In this document: positions 29,870-40,421 of the stretch, piece after piece | Layout of the letters: each line of letters begins with the position of its first letter | Numbering within the stretch: the stretch's first letter is position 1 | Assembly (NCBI GenBank): GCA_965233865.1 | Contig: OZ247587.1 | Location: 256,001 to 320,000 of the forward strand | DNA length: 64,000 bases | Direction of reading: 5' to 3' | From: Candidatus Neptunichlamydia sp. | GTDB taxonomy: Bacteria > Chlamydiota > Chlamydiia > Chlamydiales > Simkaniaceae | Translations under genes and position numbers: made by a program | The notes under the pieces: generated by a model | Database searches by the model: none | Told to the model about the DNA's origin: nothing | What the model saw: the letters and a program-made list of their open reading frames with translations, nothing else

Positions 29870-31459
29870 TTAAAAAATAGCTAAATGTTCATCCATTCTT
29901 CTGCTTGGCATATGAGTTTCGATATACTGATCTAAATTGGAGGTAGTGATCTCTGTTTCATTAATAAGGTGCTCTACAGCCTCTTGAGGAAGAACCTTTA
30001 GAAAAAGGGCTGTTTCGATGAGAGGGCTTGAGGCAAGGGTTGAAGCAAGCAATTTCATTTTTTTGTGAATTGTTATGATTGCTTTCTCCTCCTCATTTCC
30101 CATTTTCTCAATCTTGCACTCAAGAACCTGATTTGTGATTGAAAGAATAGCCATCGAAACTAAAAAAGTGGTCGCACAAGAAAGTGTGACCTCCATAAAA
30201 ATTTCTAATCCCTCATGAGAACCATAATAGTCTCTGCTTAGTTCAACCGCAGGGCCATACGATAGTGCAGCAGTTGCAAGCCCTAAAGCTTTAAGTGAAA
30301 AAGATAATTTTGGAGTTAGTTGATCAGAAAGTGTAGGCTGATAGCTACAGGTAAATAAATCTTTGAAAAGATTGAAGAGAATAACAGCGGTTTCTGGGAT
30401 AGCGGTTGCATTGAGATAGAGAGCTGTTCCTACATAAAGACTCGTAACTGTAGTATCTGCGTAGAGGTTATCAGTTAATTCATCTGTTCCTAGCCATGCA
30501 ATATAACCTAGGGTACCAATGTTGCATGCGGCACACAAATAGCCGTAAGATTTTACAGTGTAGTCTATATATTTAGCATATTTCGGTGGATTAAAAGTGC
30601 GATCAGATATTCTGCGTGTGAACAGAGTATAAAGCTCTTTCACACGGTCTGGAGCGCTATCAATTCTTTTGATTCTTTCATATGAGCCGATGAAATCATT
30701 TCGTGTCTCTTTCCCAACGACAGCAAGAAGTTGCCGATTTCCTTCGATTAAGGCATGCATTTTTCCTCTCACGCCCGATAGCCATTTTTCGTAATCTGTT
30801 AAGGACTGCCTCTCTCTCAGAGTTTTTAATCCCATATATCCCGAATAAACAGAGACCCAAGAATCAATCGCAAAAACCATGATTGGCATAACAAGTCCAT
30901 CGGGGTTGAGCGTTGAGGGTTCATTGTATTTATAGGCAATATAAGCAAATGGTATTTGGGTGCCGAACCCTAGAACTGTCGAAGCAGCAAAAAAAACTTT
31001 TTTAAGGCTAGGGCTAGTCCGAGACTCCATCAGCACCTGTTCTTCACGAGAAAGGGGCTGCATTTGTAAATTAACGATCTCAAGTAAGGAGTAAGAGACT
31101 AAGTACCCGAAGGAAGCGCAGGTGCCATAAGCTAGAAAACCTCCATAAACTTTATTATCTCCCCCTAACTGGAGATTTATTTCTATAAAGGGAATCCTAC
31201 CTGCAAACCCAGCAACTACACTGGCTGCTTGAAGAGCCCTTCGAGCTATCAAATGGACTTGTCCTTCTCTAGCTCCAATTTCTTTGATAAGGCGTTTGTC
31301 AATGAAGAGAGCAATATTGCTGTTTTGAAAATAATCACCGCCAACTTGCTGAATAACATAGTTGCGTGGTCTATCTTCGATGGAAATCAGAGGTGAAGAA
31401 GAGCTCATATTTTTGACCGATCGATTACCTTTAAAAAAGGATGTTAAACCTATCGACAA
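29870..31459 (-). CDS. Multi-pass membrane protein of unknown function
   Basis: 529-aa ORF with two clusters of hydrophobic segments separated by a soluble region. Confidence 0.65.
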   Translation of the reverse strand: MSIGLTSFFKGNRSVKNMSSSSPLISIEDRPRNYVIQQVGGDYFQNSNIALFIDKRLIKEIGAREGQVHLIARRALQAASVVAGFAGRIPFIEINLQLGGDNKVYGGFLAYGTCASFGYLVSYSLLEIVNLQMQPLSREEQVLMESRTSPSLKKVFFAASTVLGFGTQIPFAYIAYKYNEPSTLNPDGLVMPIMVFAIDSWVSVYSGYMGLKTLRERQSLTDYEKWLSGVRGKMHALIEGNRQLLAVVGKETRNDFIGSYERIKRIDSAPDRVKELYTLFTRRISDRTFNPPKYAKYIDYTVKSYGYLCAACNIGTLGYIAWLGTDELTDNLYADTTVTSLYVGTALYLNATAIPETAVILFNLFKDLFTCSYQPTLSDQLTPKLSFSLKALGLATAALSYGPAVELSRDYYGSHEGLEIFMEVTLSCATTFLVSMAILSITNQVLECKIEKMGNEEEKAIITIHKKMKLLASTLASSPLIETALFLKVLPQEAVEHLINETEITTSNLDQYIETHMPSRRMDEHLAIF

Positions 31460-31586
31460 AAATCATCAAGGGTTAAGTATAAGTAATTTTTACACATTGA
31501 ATTCTGAAAAAAGGAAGGAAGAAAGAGTTATGATAATATTTTGAAACTTAGCACATGACCGTTAGGGAAAGAAAAGCTCGGAATAC

Positions 31587-32492
31587 TCACTGATTCGCTG
31601 TTAACTCATTATTTTCCCTATTTAAAGCTTTAATCAGGTTACAAGCAGGGAGAATGAGGATCGCAGCTATCAGGAATGGAAAAGACCCTGTAAGGACAGA
31701 AAGGTCTGGAGCAAAGCAGGCCACAAAACAAGGCATCATAAGCAGTACTCTTTGCTTTTCGTTGGCGCGTGTGAACACTTCTAGGGAAGCCAAAAGGCTT
31801 AGCCCTAGAACAACCCCTCCAACTATGCATGAGTAAATTTTTTCAAAATGCATGGGCACTTCCTTCGGCCAGTTCAGGAGCAGATAAATACTGGAGAGGG
31901 TTATCCCTATTGTTGAAAGAAACAGAAGGACCGTTAAAGGGGAGGCTCCACTTCTCTTAGCAAGGAAGGCTAAACAGGCAAAGCCAGCAAGGAGTAGGGA
32001 ACTTAGGTGTAAGATAGAGAAGCTTCCTGTTGGATAGATTGATATCCCTATTCCCAAAGCTATTATCAGAACGCCGATTAGCTGGAGACGGCTTTTTTGC
32101 TGGTTAAAATACATTCGGAATATGACCCAAGTTAAAAAAGGAGCAAATGCGAAAAAGAAAGGCTTTTTTAAGGTGGGGTTGACGACGTCGATGAAGAGAA
32201 AGATTCCATAAGCTAGTCCTCCGGAGATCGCAGAGCTTAAAGCAAGAAAAACTCCTTTTGCAGGGGAAAGAAAACTCTCGTAGAGAGAAAAGCGGATCCC
32301 TGTGAAAATGCTAAAGCAAGGGATGCTCAGAGCGGTCCCAGTTGCAATCCAAAAAATAGAAGTGGGAAGGGGAAGAAGTTTAATAGGGCCTGTAAAAATG
32401 CCTTTTACTACAAGGAGAGCAACCCAAGCACAAATACTAACCAGCAGTAAATAACGGGTCTTTTCTAAATCGCTGGAAAGGTGTTTTTCCAT
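31587..32492 (-). CDS. EamA/DMT-like transporter
   Basis: About 10 TM; APFLTWVIFRMYFNQQKSRLQLIGVLIIALG pattern. Confidence 0.6.
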   Translation of the reverse strand: MEKHLSSDLEKTRYLLLVSICAWVALLVVKGIFTGPIKLLPLPTSIFWIATGTALSIPCFSIFTGIRFSLYESFLSPAKGVFLALSSAISGGLAYGIFLFIDVVNPTLKKPFFFAFAPFLTWVIFRMYFNQQKSRLQLIGVLIIALGIGISIYPTGSFSILHLSSLLLAGFACLAFLAKRSGASPLTVLLFLSTIGITLSSIYLLLNWPKEVPMHFEKIYSCIVGGVVLGLSLLASLEVFTRANEKQRVLLMMPCFVACFAPDLSVLTGSFPFLIAAILILPACNLIKALNRENNELTANQ

Positions 32493-32503
32493 AGATAATC
32501 TCC

Positions 32504-33351
32504 TTATACCAATTGCTGACTTTTATGAAGAAGGTACCGATAGGGAGCAATGGCAAGTTGCCCAAGGATTATTGCCACGATACCAAGAACAGCTCCTTTT
32601 AAGGAAGCGGTCACCAAGATGTTTTCCATCCATGCAGAGTATTTCAGGCTTAAAAGGGGGCTTATTCCGAAATTGATTAAAGAAAATGCAATCATCAATG
32701 CTGGAGAGATTCTTGCAAATGCGTATCCCATGAGGTACATGCCTTCAAAACTCCCTACAAAATCTCTAAAGTATTGCAGTTGATTACTAGACAACTTTGC
32801 TTCTGATCGAAGCCCTTTCATGGTGCAGTCGACGATCTGTGTATCAACAACCCTTTGTTTTTCTAAGTCTTTTGTTCCTAAAAGGAGAGCAAAGCAAAAA
32901 ATAAAGGTTGTAAATCCTGGGTGAGAAAACTGTGGTTGATCGAGAAGACGCAGGGCAACAAAGATAATCCAAGCAACAAGAAGGCATCCAACTGTCCAAT
33001 ATTTGTACGATTTTAACTTTTCTAAGTGGGATTCATGCTCTTCTTGGATTTCATTGTAACTTCTAACAGATTTACTTGGATTGGTTTTGTAGACTCAGTC
33101 TTTTTCTCTGGCTTTTTTCCTTTTTTAAGCATTCCAAAGCCAACCACCAAAAGAAAAACGATCAAACGAAAAAAGAAACTTTTCTGATCGCGAACGGATA
33201 GCTCTAAGACATTTTTTATTCCTACGGTTACCCATAATCCACTGAAAATCACTACCAAAGCCCATGTAATAAATCGTCTCATATAGGTTAAAACACCATC
33301 ATCAAGTTTTGCTTTAGGCTTCAGTATGTCTGATTGTGATCCAAATATCAA
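32504..33351 (-). pseudogene. Membrane protein probably split by a frameshift
   Basis: The frame of 32504..32821 stays open upstream to ~33095 (YWTVGCLLVAWIIFVALRLL), overlapping ORF 33022..33351. Confidence 0.5.
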
Positions 33352-33435
33352 CCAATCTTTTTATTGTTAGTGCCATTTTCCTTCGCAAAACCGAGTTCGA
33401 GGAAAGTATCCCAAAGCTCATAGTCGACCTCGAAG

Positions 33436-34620
33436 TTACGGGTGCGCTTGATCTATTTCTTTGAGAATCAAAGGAAAAAAAACTCCAGCTTGAGGAAGGA
33501 CCTCCATAAAAGACCATTTGAAGAAGAAAGACTCTAACTCTTGCAGGGCTTTTGGGAAGATTCTCTCTTCAGATAGCCAATCAAACAAGGGGAAGAAATA
33601 GAGTTGCTCTGCTCGCCTTAGTGGGGTTAGATGAAGATAGTCGACCCCTTCTTCCTTCCAGGGGTCTTTTTCTGTAGATTGGCTTAAGACTTCCTTCCCT
33701 CTTTTTGAAATGAGCTCTTGAATAGACATAAGATCCCCCTTTTCAATTGCTTCGAAGAGCGTCTGTAGTGGGGAATCTGGAGGGTATAGACGGAGAGAGC
33801 CGTTTCTTTTAAGGGAGTTTTTGATTTGAACATTTATTTTCTGTATCTTATCGAGGGCGTAGAACAGAGACAAAGGGGAATCCCTATTCTGAAGGGTTGA
33901 AAAAAGCGCTATGGAAAAATCATGATGCTCCCACTCTTTTTTCAGCTTTTTCGAGGGGAATTGAGGGAATTTGTTTAAAAGCATCTTAGCAATAGCCTCT
34001 TGCCTTGATGCGATTGCGAGGTGAACGGAAGAACAAAAGTGTCTCATTGGAAAAATAGCTTCATCGCATCTGATGCAATCAAATCCCACATTGCTGGAAA
34101 TGAGATCTGACAGTTGCACTGACCCTTTACGAATAGCGATATCTAATGGAGTGCCGATCATCGAAAAGTGATTAGAATTAAATCCTTTTTCAATCAGGTG
34201 CTTAGTCAGATCTAGATGTTGTCCAAGCACGGCATAATGAAGAGGAGAACAATGGGCATCGTCTTTAAGGGCTTCATCCCAAGGGTTGAAAGAGGTGGCA
34301 CGCGCTGAAAAAGCCCCATGGCCTAGAAGAAGATTCACCATTTCTAAGTGGCCAAAATAAGCAGCCAGATGAAGAGGCGTTTTTCCGCTGCTGCTTTCCT
34401 TTTTATTCACCCTAGCTCCTTTTTCTAAGAGCCATGCGGCACTTTTGAGCTGGTTTAAGGCAGCGCAAACATGCAAAAGAGTCATACCAAGTGGACCTAA
34501 GCGCTTGTTAATGCTTAGCTTAGAGCCTTCCACAAAAGCCTTGAAAGCATTAAGGTCTCCCTTAGCAATGAGATCGATGCATTCTTTCCATACTGAGGTA
34601 TCTGCAGATAGCAGGTTCAT
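33436..34620 (-). CDS. Ankyrin-repeat protein
   Basis: GMTLLHVCA, GKTPLHLAA, SPLHYAV, GTPLDIA; RBS AGGAGG. Confidence 0.9.
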   Translation of the reverse strand: MNLLSADTSVWKECIDLIAKGDLNAFKAFVEGSKLSINKRLGPLGMTLLHVCAALNQLKSAAWLLEKGARVNKKESSSGKTPLHLAAYFGHLEMVNLLLGHGAFSARATSFNPWDEALKDDAHCSPLHYAVLGQHLDLTKHLIEKGFNSNHFSMIGTPLDIAIRKGSVQLSDLISSNVGFDCIRCDEAIFPMRHFCSSVHLAIASRQEAIAKMLLNKFPQFPSKKLKKEWEHHDFSIALFSTLQNRDSPLSLFYALDKIQKINVQIKNSLKRNGSLRLYPPDSPLQTLFEAIEKGDLMSIQELISKRGKEVLSQSTEKDPWKEEGVDYLHLTPLRRAEQLYFFPLFDWLSEERIFPKALQELESFFFKWSFMEVLPQAGVFFPLILKEIDQAHP

Positions 34621-34862
34621 TTGAAGCCTCCTGTTTCTTTCCTCATATCAAGAAACTGTTTATGTGGGTAGAGAAAATCTCCCTGCTGTTCCAAGACGTT
34701 CAGCCTTGGAACTGTATTTACTTCCGATTTGATTAAGGTTTATTTATACAAGGGCGAACAGGCCTCCAGAAACATGTTTAATGTTAGTACGATACTCAAA
34801 ATGTATAGTGGGATGAAACAAGAGCGGCGACTATGCCTATAATTTTTTTTTCGATACTGGGA

Positions 34863-35081
34863 TCAGACGAAAAATAAAGTAAAAGGAATTGATAAGGGAA
34901 CGCATAACCACAAGCCAACAAATACTATTGCAATTGCTGTTGGAACAGTTCCGGCTACCATACCGAATAATCCCGCAAACCACAGTAAGAATGGGAATAA
35001 CAATGAGTAAATAATTGTTGCGTTTTGAGCATACTTTTTCGTTTTCTTTTGTTCTTCATTTTGCAAAAGGGATTCAGACAT
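34863..35081 (-). CDS. Short membrane protein (possibly truncated) after the immunity gene
   Basis: MSESLLQNEE... followed by two TM segments; overlaps the upstream stop. Confidence 0.5.
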   Translation of the reverse strand: MSESLLQNEEQKKTKKYAQNATIIYSLLFPFLLWFAGLFGMVAGTVPTAIAIVFVGLWLCVPLSIPFTLFFV

Positions 35082-35634
35082 TTTCTCCTCGTAAGGCTTT
35101 GCTTTCAGAAGAAATAACTTCCAGTGCTTCTTCGTAAGTTTCTTCACAAATTGTTTTGCGAGAATGTTGGTTGTCCTCTCGAGTATAATAATCAAGAATT
35201 CCGTTAATTGCTGAAATATAATGAATTTTCCCTGATGATGCCTTTGATCGATCGGGTTTGCTAATCCAAATTCTGATTTCGACATTTTTTGCTGTAAAAG
35301 GGTAATTCTGAAGGTAAGGTCTAACTTCCTTGTTGCTATTGATATCAGACAAATACTCTCTAATAGCATATACAATCAGCTCTCGCGCTGTTTGGAGGTC
35401 TACTTCTTGATAAAAATCAAAACTCATTGCCATCATTCGGATATTATGCATCATACCCCCTCCTGTCCCTGCAAGGAAAAGTCCTTTTTGCTTTTCTAAT
35501 TGTTGGGCCGTATTTGCTGTAATTTCATCTGCGATTTTTTCATAATCCACAGGTTGTGGATGACTAAGCGGAGAGCATCCGAAAAGAGAAGAGAAAACAG
35601 TCATTATCAATCCAAAAGTAAAAATCAGCTTCAT
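35074..35634 (-). CDS. Lipoprotein, putative Rhs immunity protein
   Basis: Lipobox SLFG-C; ATGA overlap with the Rhs stop. Confidence 0.7.
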   Translation of the reverse strand: MKLIFTFGLIMTVFSSLFGCSPLSHPQPVDYEKIADEITANTAQQLEKQKGLFLAGTGGGMMHNIRMMAMSFDFYQEVDLQTARELIVYAIREYLSDINSNKEVRPYLQNYPFTAKNVEIRIWISKPDRSKASSGKIHYISAINGILDYYTREDNQHSRKTICEETYEEALEVISSESKALRGENV

Positions 35635-38600
35635 TCTATACCTCCATAAGTTTTAACGTAATCTGCTATATGTTCTTGTATTTTACGCTCAAATGTAGGG
35701 CTTGCAAATTCATGATCCCAATACTTCGCATCAGGGTGAGGCTCCAGTATGTGAAGTTCATTTCCATATTTTAACTTCCCCATAATGTCAAGACGTGTAA
35801 CAAAATCTCGCCTACTCATGTAGTTATAAGATTCATAGCATAATCTTTTTGGAACAATAACAGAGGGATTAAGAGCTAGGACAATAATTTTTTGGCGGAC
35901 AGACTCTGAAGATGTTAAGAGAGCATTTTTAACGTGTTCAGCCCCACCACTATGACAGTTTTGAAGAAATTTTGCACCAGGTCCATGGGTAGCGATCAAG
36001 TGGTTCCAGGTGTTTTTTAAATGTTGGACAGGGAGTGTGTGCATGCCTATACGTCCTGCTATGCATTCTAATATATCGATACCCTGTGAATTGGTCGCGT
36101 TGTAGATGCCATACACTTTGGCTCCTTGAGCATATTGGCTGATTCTTGATGCGCTTTCCATAGATTCATATCTTTTGTTATCAATGCCATTGATAAAAAG
36201 AAGTGCGCCATTCGAAAGTTCAAAAGAGCCTACTTCATAATTGCTTGAACGTGTCAGATCATAGTTGGCACACACTGAAGAAAAAGCGTTTACCATATGA
36301 ATCATTGGGGGTTTAGTGACTTGATAGATCTGAGAGGCAAACCGCCCTGAGGGATCAAAATAGTTAACGGGATCGCCACCTGCGTAGGCGTAGAGATCCA
36401 TGCAGAGAGGATGTCTGATGGGATCAGGGCTTAAGAAACGGCCTCCTCTTGGGTCATAATATCTTTCTCCCATCCAGATGAGTCCGGTGGGGTCTTGGGA
36501 TTTGCTCTGCCAAGTAAGGGATTGTGCGTAAGAAAGGAGGTCATAAGAAATATGAGGAGGCAATTGAGGGCCATAAGCGGAGCAAACATTTGGGGTGTAG
36601 TGGGTGTTTTGCTGAGTGATGACTGCGACAAGCTCGCTCAGCGCATTATGCAGGAGGAAAGCAGAGGCGCCTGTTTCATCGAGGATTGCATCGCATGAGC
36701 TGGGGCCATAGAGTTTCCAGAAGGTTTTATTTCCTATCTGAATGCCAATTTCTTGGAATTCTTTTTCCGGGTCGTATAGAGAGGTTGCTTTTAGGGTTTC
36801 GCTTCCCTGAGTGGTATAGCGGGTTTGGAGACGTCTCCCGAGGGCATCATAGGAGGCTTCCCATGTGAAGGTCTCATTAGAGACTGTGAGGAGGCGTCCC
36901 CAGGGGTCCCACTCAAAGGTTTTTCCTCCTTGAGAGGTGACTTGTCCCATTGGATTGTAGTCTGTCGTGAGTCGGTCTTTTCCGATGGTTTCTAGGGTCA
37001 CTTTCCCGAAGGGGTCAAGCTTAGAAACTTGGGCATAAGGTGCTGCAGTGCGGACACCTGTTCCTTCTTTTTCAAAGTCAAATGTATAGTGTTCTTCCCC
37101 TGCAGATTTTAGGTGTCCTAGGGGTGTATAGGTGAAATGCTTTTGTTTTGAAGGAGAATGATAGGTAGAGAGTTTTCCTGAGGGGGTCCAGTCAAGGGAT
37201 TCTTGAAAGCCTCCTGAGATAATGGTTTCGGGAAGGCCAGAAGGATTATAAGTTACTCTTGAGGAGTAGAGGGGTGTGAGTTTGTCTTTGAGAGCTCCGC
37301 TTAGATAATAGGTGTATGCAAGCTCGAGATTTTTAGTGGATAGTTGAGTCAGTTGGTTGTTTTGATATACGAGTGTTCGCTTGTGATCTTCGATCTGTAG
37401 GGTTCTATAGGAGGGGCCCCATTCTTGGTGGGTTTCTTGAATCTGCTTAGAATTAAGGTAAATGGACTCATAGGTAAGGTGTCCATCTGCATCGTAAGAG
37501 CGCTCTACTATTGAATGCTCTTCTCGAGGGGTGTAAAACCAGCTCGAAACCCAAGAAAGGCTTTGGGAGCCTATTTGCTCTGCGGAGAGGAGAAACCCTC
37601 TTGGATCGTAGGTATAGGCTCTCTCCCATCCATAGGTGGTTTCTTGAGCAAGTCTGCCATGAGAGTCATAGGTGTATCTGCGACTGCGACCCATAGGGTC
37701 TATGATTTCTTTGAGATGACCTTCTTCATAAGAATAGTTCCATTCTTGCGCAGTTTCTCTTCCTGCTTGGATTTTTTCAGAGGTTTTTCTCTTCATAGAA
37801 TCATAGGAGGCTTCCCAGATATTCCCATTGGGAAGGTGGTACTCTATGAGGTTTGAGTCGAGGTCATAGTCAAACGCAAGGAGACTCCCATCAGGAAACT
37901 CTTTTTGCGTAATACGATGGAGCCGATCAAATGTTTGCCTTGTCATGTATCCTTCTCCATCGATGATGGCGGTGCAGTTTCCACATTTGTCGTATTCATA
38001 AGTCGTTATGACGGTTCCTTTTTGTACTTTAATGGGGAGACCGAAGGTGTTCATCCATGTGGTGGTTGTGACTTCCCCTTGTCTGATGATTTGAATATCA
38101 TTTTCAGGATCATAAGCATAGGACGAGGTGGCGATCAGGTTTCCGCAGGGGTCAAAAGTTTTCGATTCAGCAACTTTCCCTCCTTCATACCGATCGATAA
38201 CTTGCTCTCCACTGGAGAGGGGGGTGGTCGTTGTATCGTTTTGATAGTTCCAGGTTGTTTGCTTGCCGCTAAGCATTGTTTCTGTCTTGATGCGTCCGAG
38301 TCCGTCATAGGTCTTTTCTATGGCATATCCTGCTCCATCTATAATACGGATAAGGTTGCCATTAGCATCAAACTCTTTGGTTTCTGAAATTCCTGTTTCA
38401 ACATGGATGCAAGTTATTTGATGGTTTGAGTCATCATAGGTCATTTCCCATGTGATGCCGTTTTTAGTTTCTTGAATGGGACGGCCAAAAAAATCATAGA
38501 CGATGGTGGTTTTTGTTCCATCGGGATAGATTTCTTCTTTGAGAAGACCATTTGTTGTATAGTGACGGGTTGTTGTTGCTCCTGAAGGAGAGGTCATGGT

Positions 38601-40421
38601 TTTGACAAGACCTCCAGCTTCATAGGTATATTGGGTGCTATGCCCCTCTATTGTTTCACATGAGATATTTCCAAGAGCGTCATAGTCTCGGATGGTGCAG
38701 ATGCCAAGGGGGTCGACTTCTTGAGTGAGGAACCCTCGAGGATCATACTCATAGAGGTGGTAGGCTTTTTTATTGCTAGGGGTAAGGGTTTGCCATGAGG
38801 CTTTGAGAAGCCCTGAGGAGTTATAATCGAGGTGAAGGGTATTGTCAGGATTTGCTGTTTGCTTCCAAATGGGTTGATTATTTTGATTGTATCCTATGTA
38901 GGTTGCAGAAAGGAGCTTTCCTGATGGTGAAAAAACTTCCGATTGAATCAGGTTCCCCATTATGTCATAAGCATTTTCTTCGATGGCATCTGGTGACTCG
39001 GTTTTTGTGCACCGCCCCTGATAATTGTAGGAGTAAGTTGTCGTGTAGTCTGGATCCTCTGTCCCTGTTTTCTGCACTTTTTGATCAGGAAGATTGCGGC
39101 TATTATAGTGCCAAAAGGTGATTGATCCATTCCGATCTTCTCTTGTCACAAGACCCTGCGTGTTGTAATCGAAATCGATATAGGAGATCAGGTTTTTTTT
39201 ATGATATTTTTCAATCCTTTTAGGTTGGTAAGGAAATGTATCATCATAAATGGTATGGACTGTTTGTCCACAGGTCGCTTCTTCTGTGCAAAGGTTGTTT
39301 TCATTGTAAGCAAGCTTTTTGAAAACACGAGTATGCCCACCTCCAGTCAGATCTTTCCCTTTTAGCTCGATCTGAATAGGGTTCTCCCTTTGATCATACA
39401 GATAGGTGGTTGTCAGACCCCGTTTATCTGTGGTTGATTTAAGACTTTTTGGAAAAGCTCCTGACTCTTCCCAAGGAAGAATTTGCTCGGTTTCAGCGTC
39501 AAACCACGAGTCTTCTGTGACAAACCAAGATTGAAAAATCACGGATCCTACAGGGTCAATAACTTTATAGATTTGCTTATCATAAATCTTATAATTCGTT
39601 TTTCCTTGCATCCCATCTGTGGCTGTTGTTACCCCTTCCGTATAGGCAAAAGTTGCAGTGGTGACCATGACCTGGTCTGGCCCTGCTGGAGATCTCTGCT
39701 CTTTGACTCTTCCTTCATTGTCATAGATATTTTCTAAGATTTGCCCATGAGGTTTAGTTTCGCGAATAATGCGGTGATGTCGATCGTACTCATAAATGAT
39801 GTTAGCAGTATTGGGAAGTGTGACTTTAACAAGGTTTCCTTGGGAGTTGTAGTCATAAGAGATCGGTCTTCCATCTTTTGCATAGATCTCTGAAATATAT
39901 CCTTGGTGGTTGTAATGGAATCCTAAAGAGTCTCCATTTGAGCTTTCTATACGGGAAAGGTTTTCATCATCATAGTGGAAGGTAAGAGTAATTCCTTTAT
40001 GGTTAACCCACCTTTTCAAAAGTCCCTCTTCGAAAAACCGTTTTGAACCATCGGCTCCATAAAGGACATTATTCTGAATATAGGAATGAAAAAGACTTGC
40101 GTTTCCTCCAATTCCTTTTTGGTTAAAGTTATAAAGATCCGGATTATCATCTGGATCGACTTCATACCGGGAGTTTAAGCTATTATAGCTGTAGCAAATC
40201 ACGCTACCGTCAGCCTCTGCGGCAAAAAGTTTCCCCTTTTGTTTTACCAGAAAGGGGTTTAAGCTGAGCTTCCAGCCAGCCCCAAGGTTTCCATGAACAG
40301 GGTTTTGGCTATTGTAGTTGCGCCTAATTTCTAGCGGAAAATGACCAGGAAGCTCTAAGTCAAGCTCATCGACGTAAAAAGCTCCTGTAATAGTGTCGAC
40401 GGGGTCTGCAACGCTAGTCAT
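35631..40421 (-). CDS. Rhs/YD-repeat protein with C-terminal alpha/beta-hydrolase-like (DUF687-like) tip
   Basis: DPVDTITG..RRNYNS..GAGW start, many YD repeats, RYYDP..GRFLSPDP..DPVNYFDPSG core end, FINGIDN and CHSGG in the tip. Confidence 0.92.
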   Translation of the reverse strand: MTSVADPVDTITGAFYVDELDLELPGHFPLEIRRNYNSQNPVHGNLGAGWKLSLNPFLVKQKGKLFAAEADGSVICYSYNSLNSRYEVDPDDNPDLYNFNQKGIGGNASLFHSYIQNNVLYGADGSKRFFEEGLLKRWVNHKGITLTFHYDDENLSRIESSNGDSLGFHYNHQGYISEIYAKDGRPISYDYNSQGNLVKVTLPNTANIIYEYDRHHRIIRETKPHGQILENIYDNEGRVKEQRSPAGPDQVMVTTATFAYTEGVTTATDGMQGKTNYKIYDKQIYKVIDPVGSVIFQSWFVTEDSWFDAETEQILPWEESGAFPKSLKSTTDKRGLTTTYLYDQRENPIQIELKGKDLTGGGHTRVFKKLAYNENNLCTEEATCGQTVHTIYDDTFPYQPKRIEKYHKKNLISYIDFDYNTQGLVTREDRNGSITFWHYNSRNLPDQKVQKTGTEDPDYTTTYSYNYQGRCTKTESPDAIEENAYDIMGNLIQSEVFSPSGKLLSATYIGYNQNNQPIWKQTANPDNTLHLDYNSSGLLKASWQTLTPSNKKAYHLYEYDPRGFLTQEVDPLGICTIRDYDALGNISCETIEGHSTQYTYEAGGLVKTMTSPSGATTTRHYTTNGLLKEEIYPDGTKTTIVYDFFGRPIQETKNGITWEMTYDDSNHQITCIHVETGISETKEFDANGNLIRIIDGAGYAIEKTYDGLGRIKTETMLSGKQTTWNYQNDTTTTPLSSGEQVIDRYEGGKVAESKTFDPCGNLIATSSYAYDPENDIQIIRQGEVTTTTWMNTFGLPIKVQKGTVITTYEYDKCGNCTAIIDGEGYMTRQTFDRLHRITQKEFPDGSLLAFDYDLDSNLIEYHLPNGNIWEASYDSMKRKTSEKIQAGRETAQEWNYSYEEGHLKEIIDPMGRSRRYTYDSHGRLAQETTYGWERAYTYDPRGFLLSAEQIGSQSLSWVSSWFYTPREEHSIVERSYDADGHLTYESIYLNSKQIQETHQEWGPSYRTLQIEDHKRTLVYQNNQLTQLSTKNLELAYTYYLSGALKDKLTPLYSSRVTYNPSGLPETIISGGFQESLDWTPSGKLSTYHSPSKQKHFTYTPLGHLKSAGEEHYTFDFEKEGTGVRTAAPYAQVSKLDPFGKVTLETIGKDRLTTDYNPMGQVTSQGGKTFEWDPWGRLLTVSNETFTWEASYDALGRRLQTRYTTQGSETLKATSLYDPEKEFQEIGIQIGNKTFWKLYGPSSCDAILDETGASAFLLHNALSELVAVITQQNTHYTPNVCSAYGPQLPPHISYDLLSYAQSLTWQSKSQDPTGLIWMGERYYDPRGGRFLSPDPIRHPLCMDLYAYAGGDPVNYFDPSGRFASQIYQVTKPPMIHMVNAFSSVCANYDLTRSSNYEVGSFELSNGALLFINGIDNKRYESMESASRISQYAQGAKVYGIYNATNSQGIDILECIAGRIGMHTLPVQHLKNTWNHLIATHGPGAKFLQNCHSGGAEHVKNALLTSSESVRQKIIVLALNPSVIVPKRLCYESYNYMSRRDFVTRLDIMGKLKYGNELHILEPHPDAKYWDHEFASPTFERKIQEHIADYVKTYGGIE

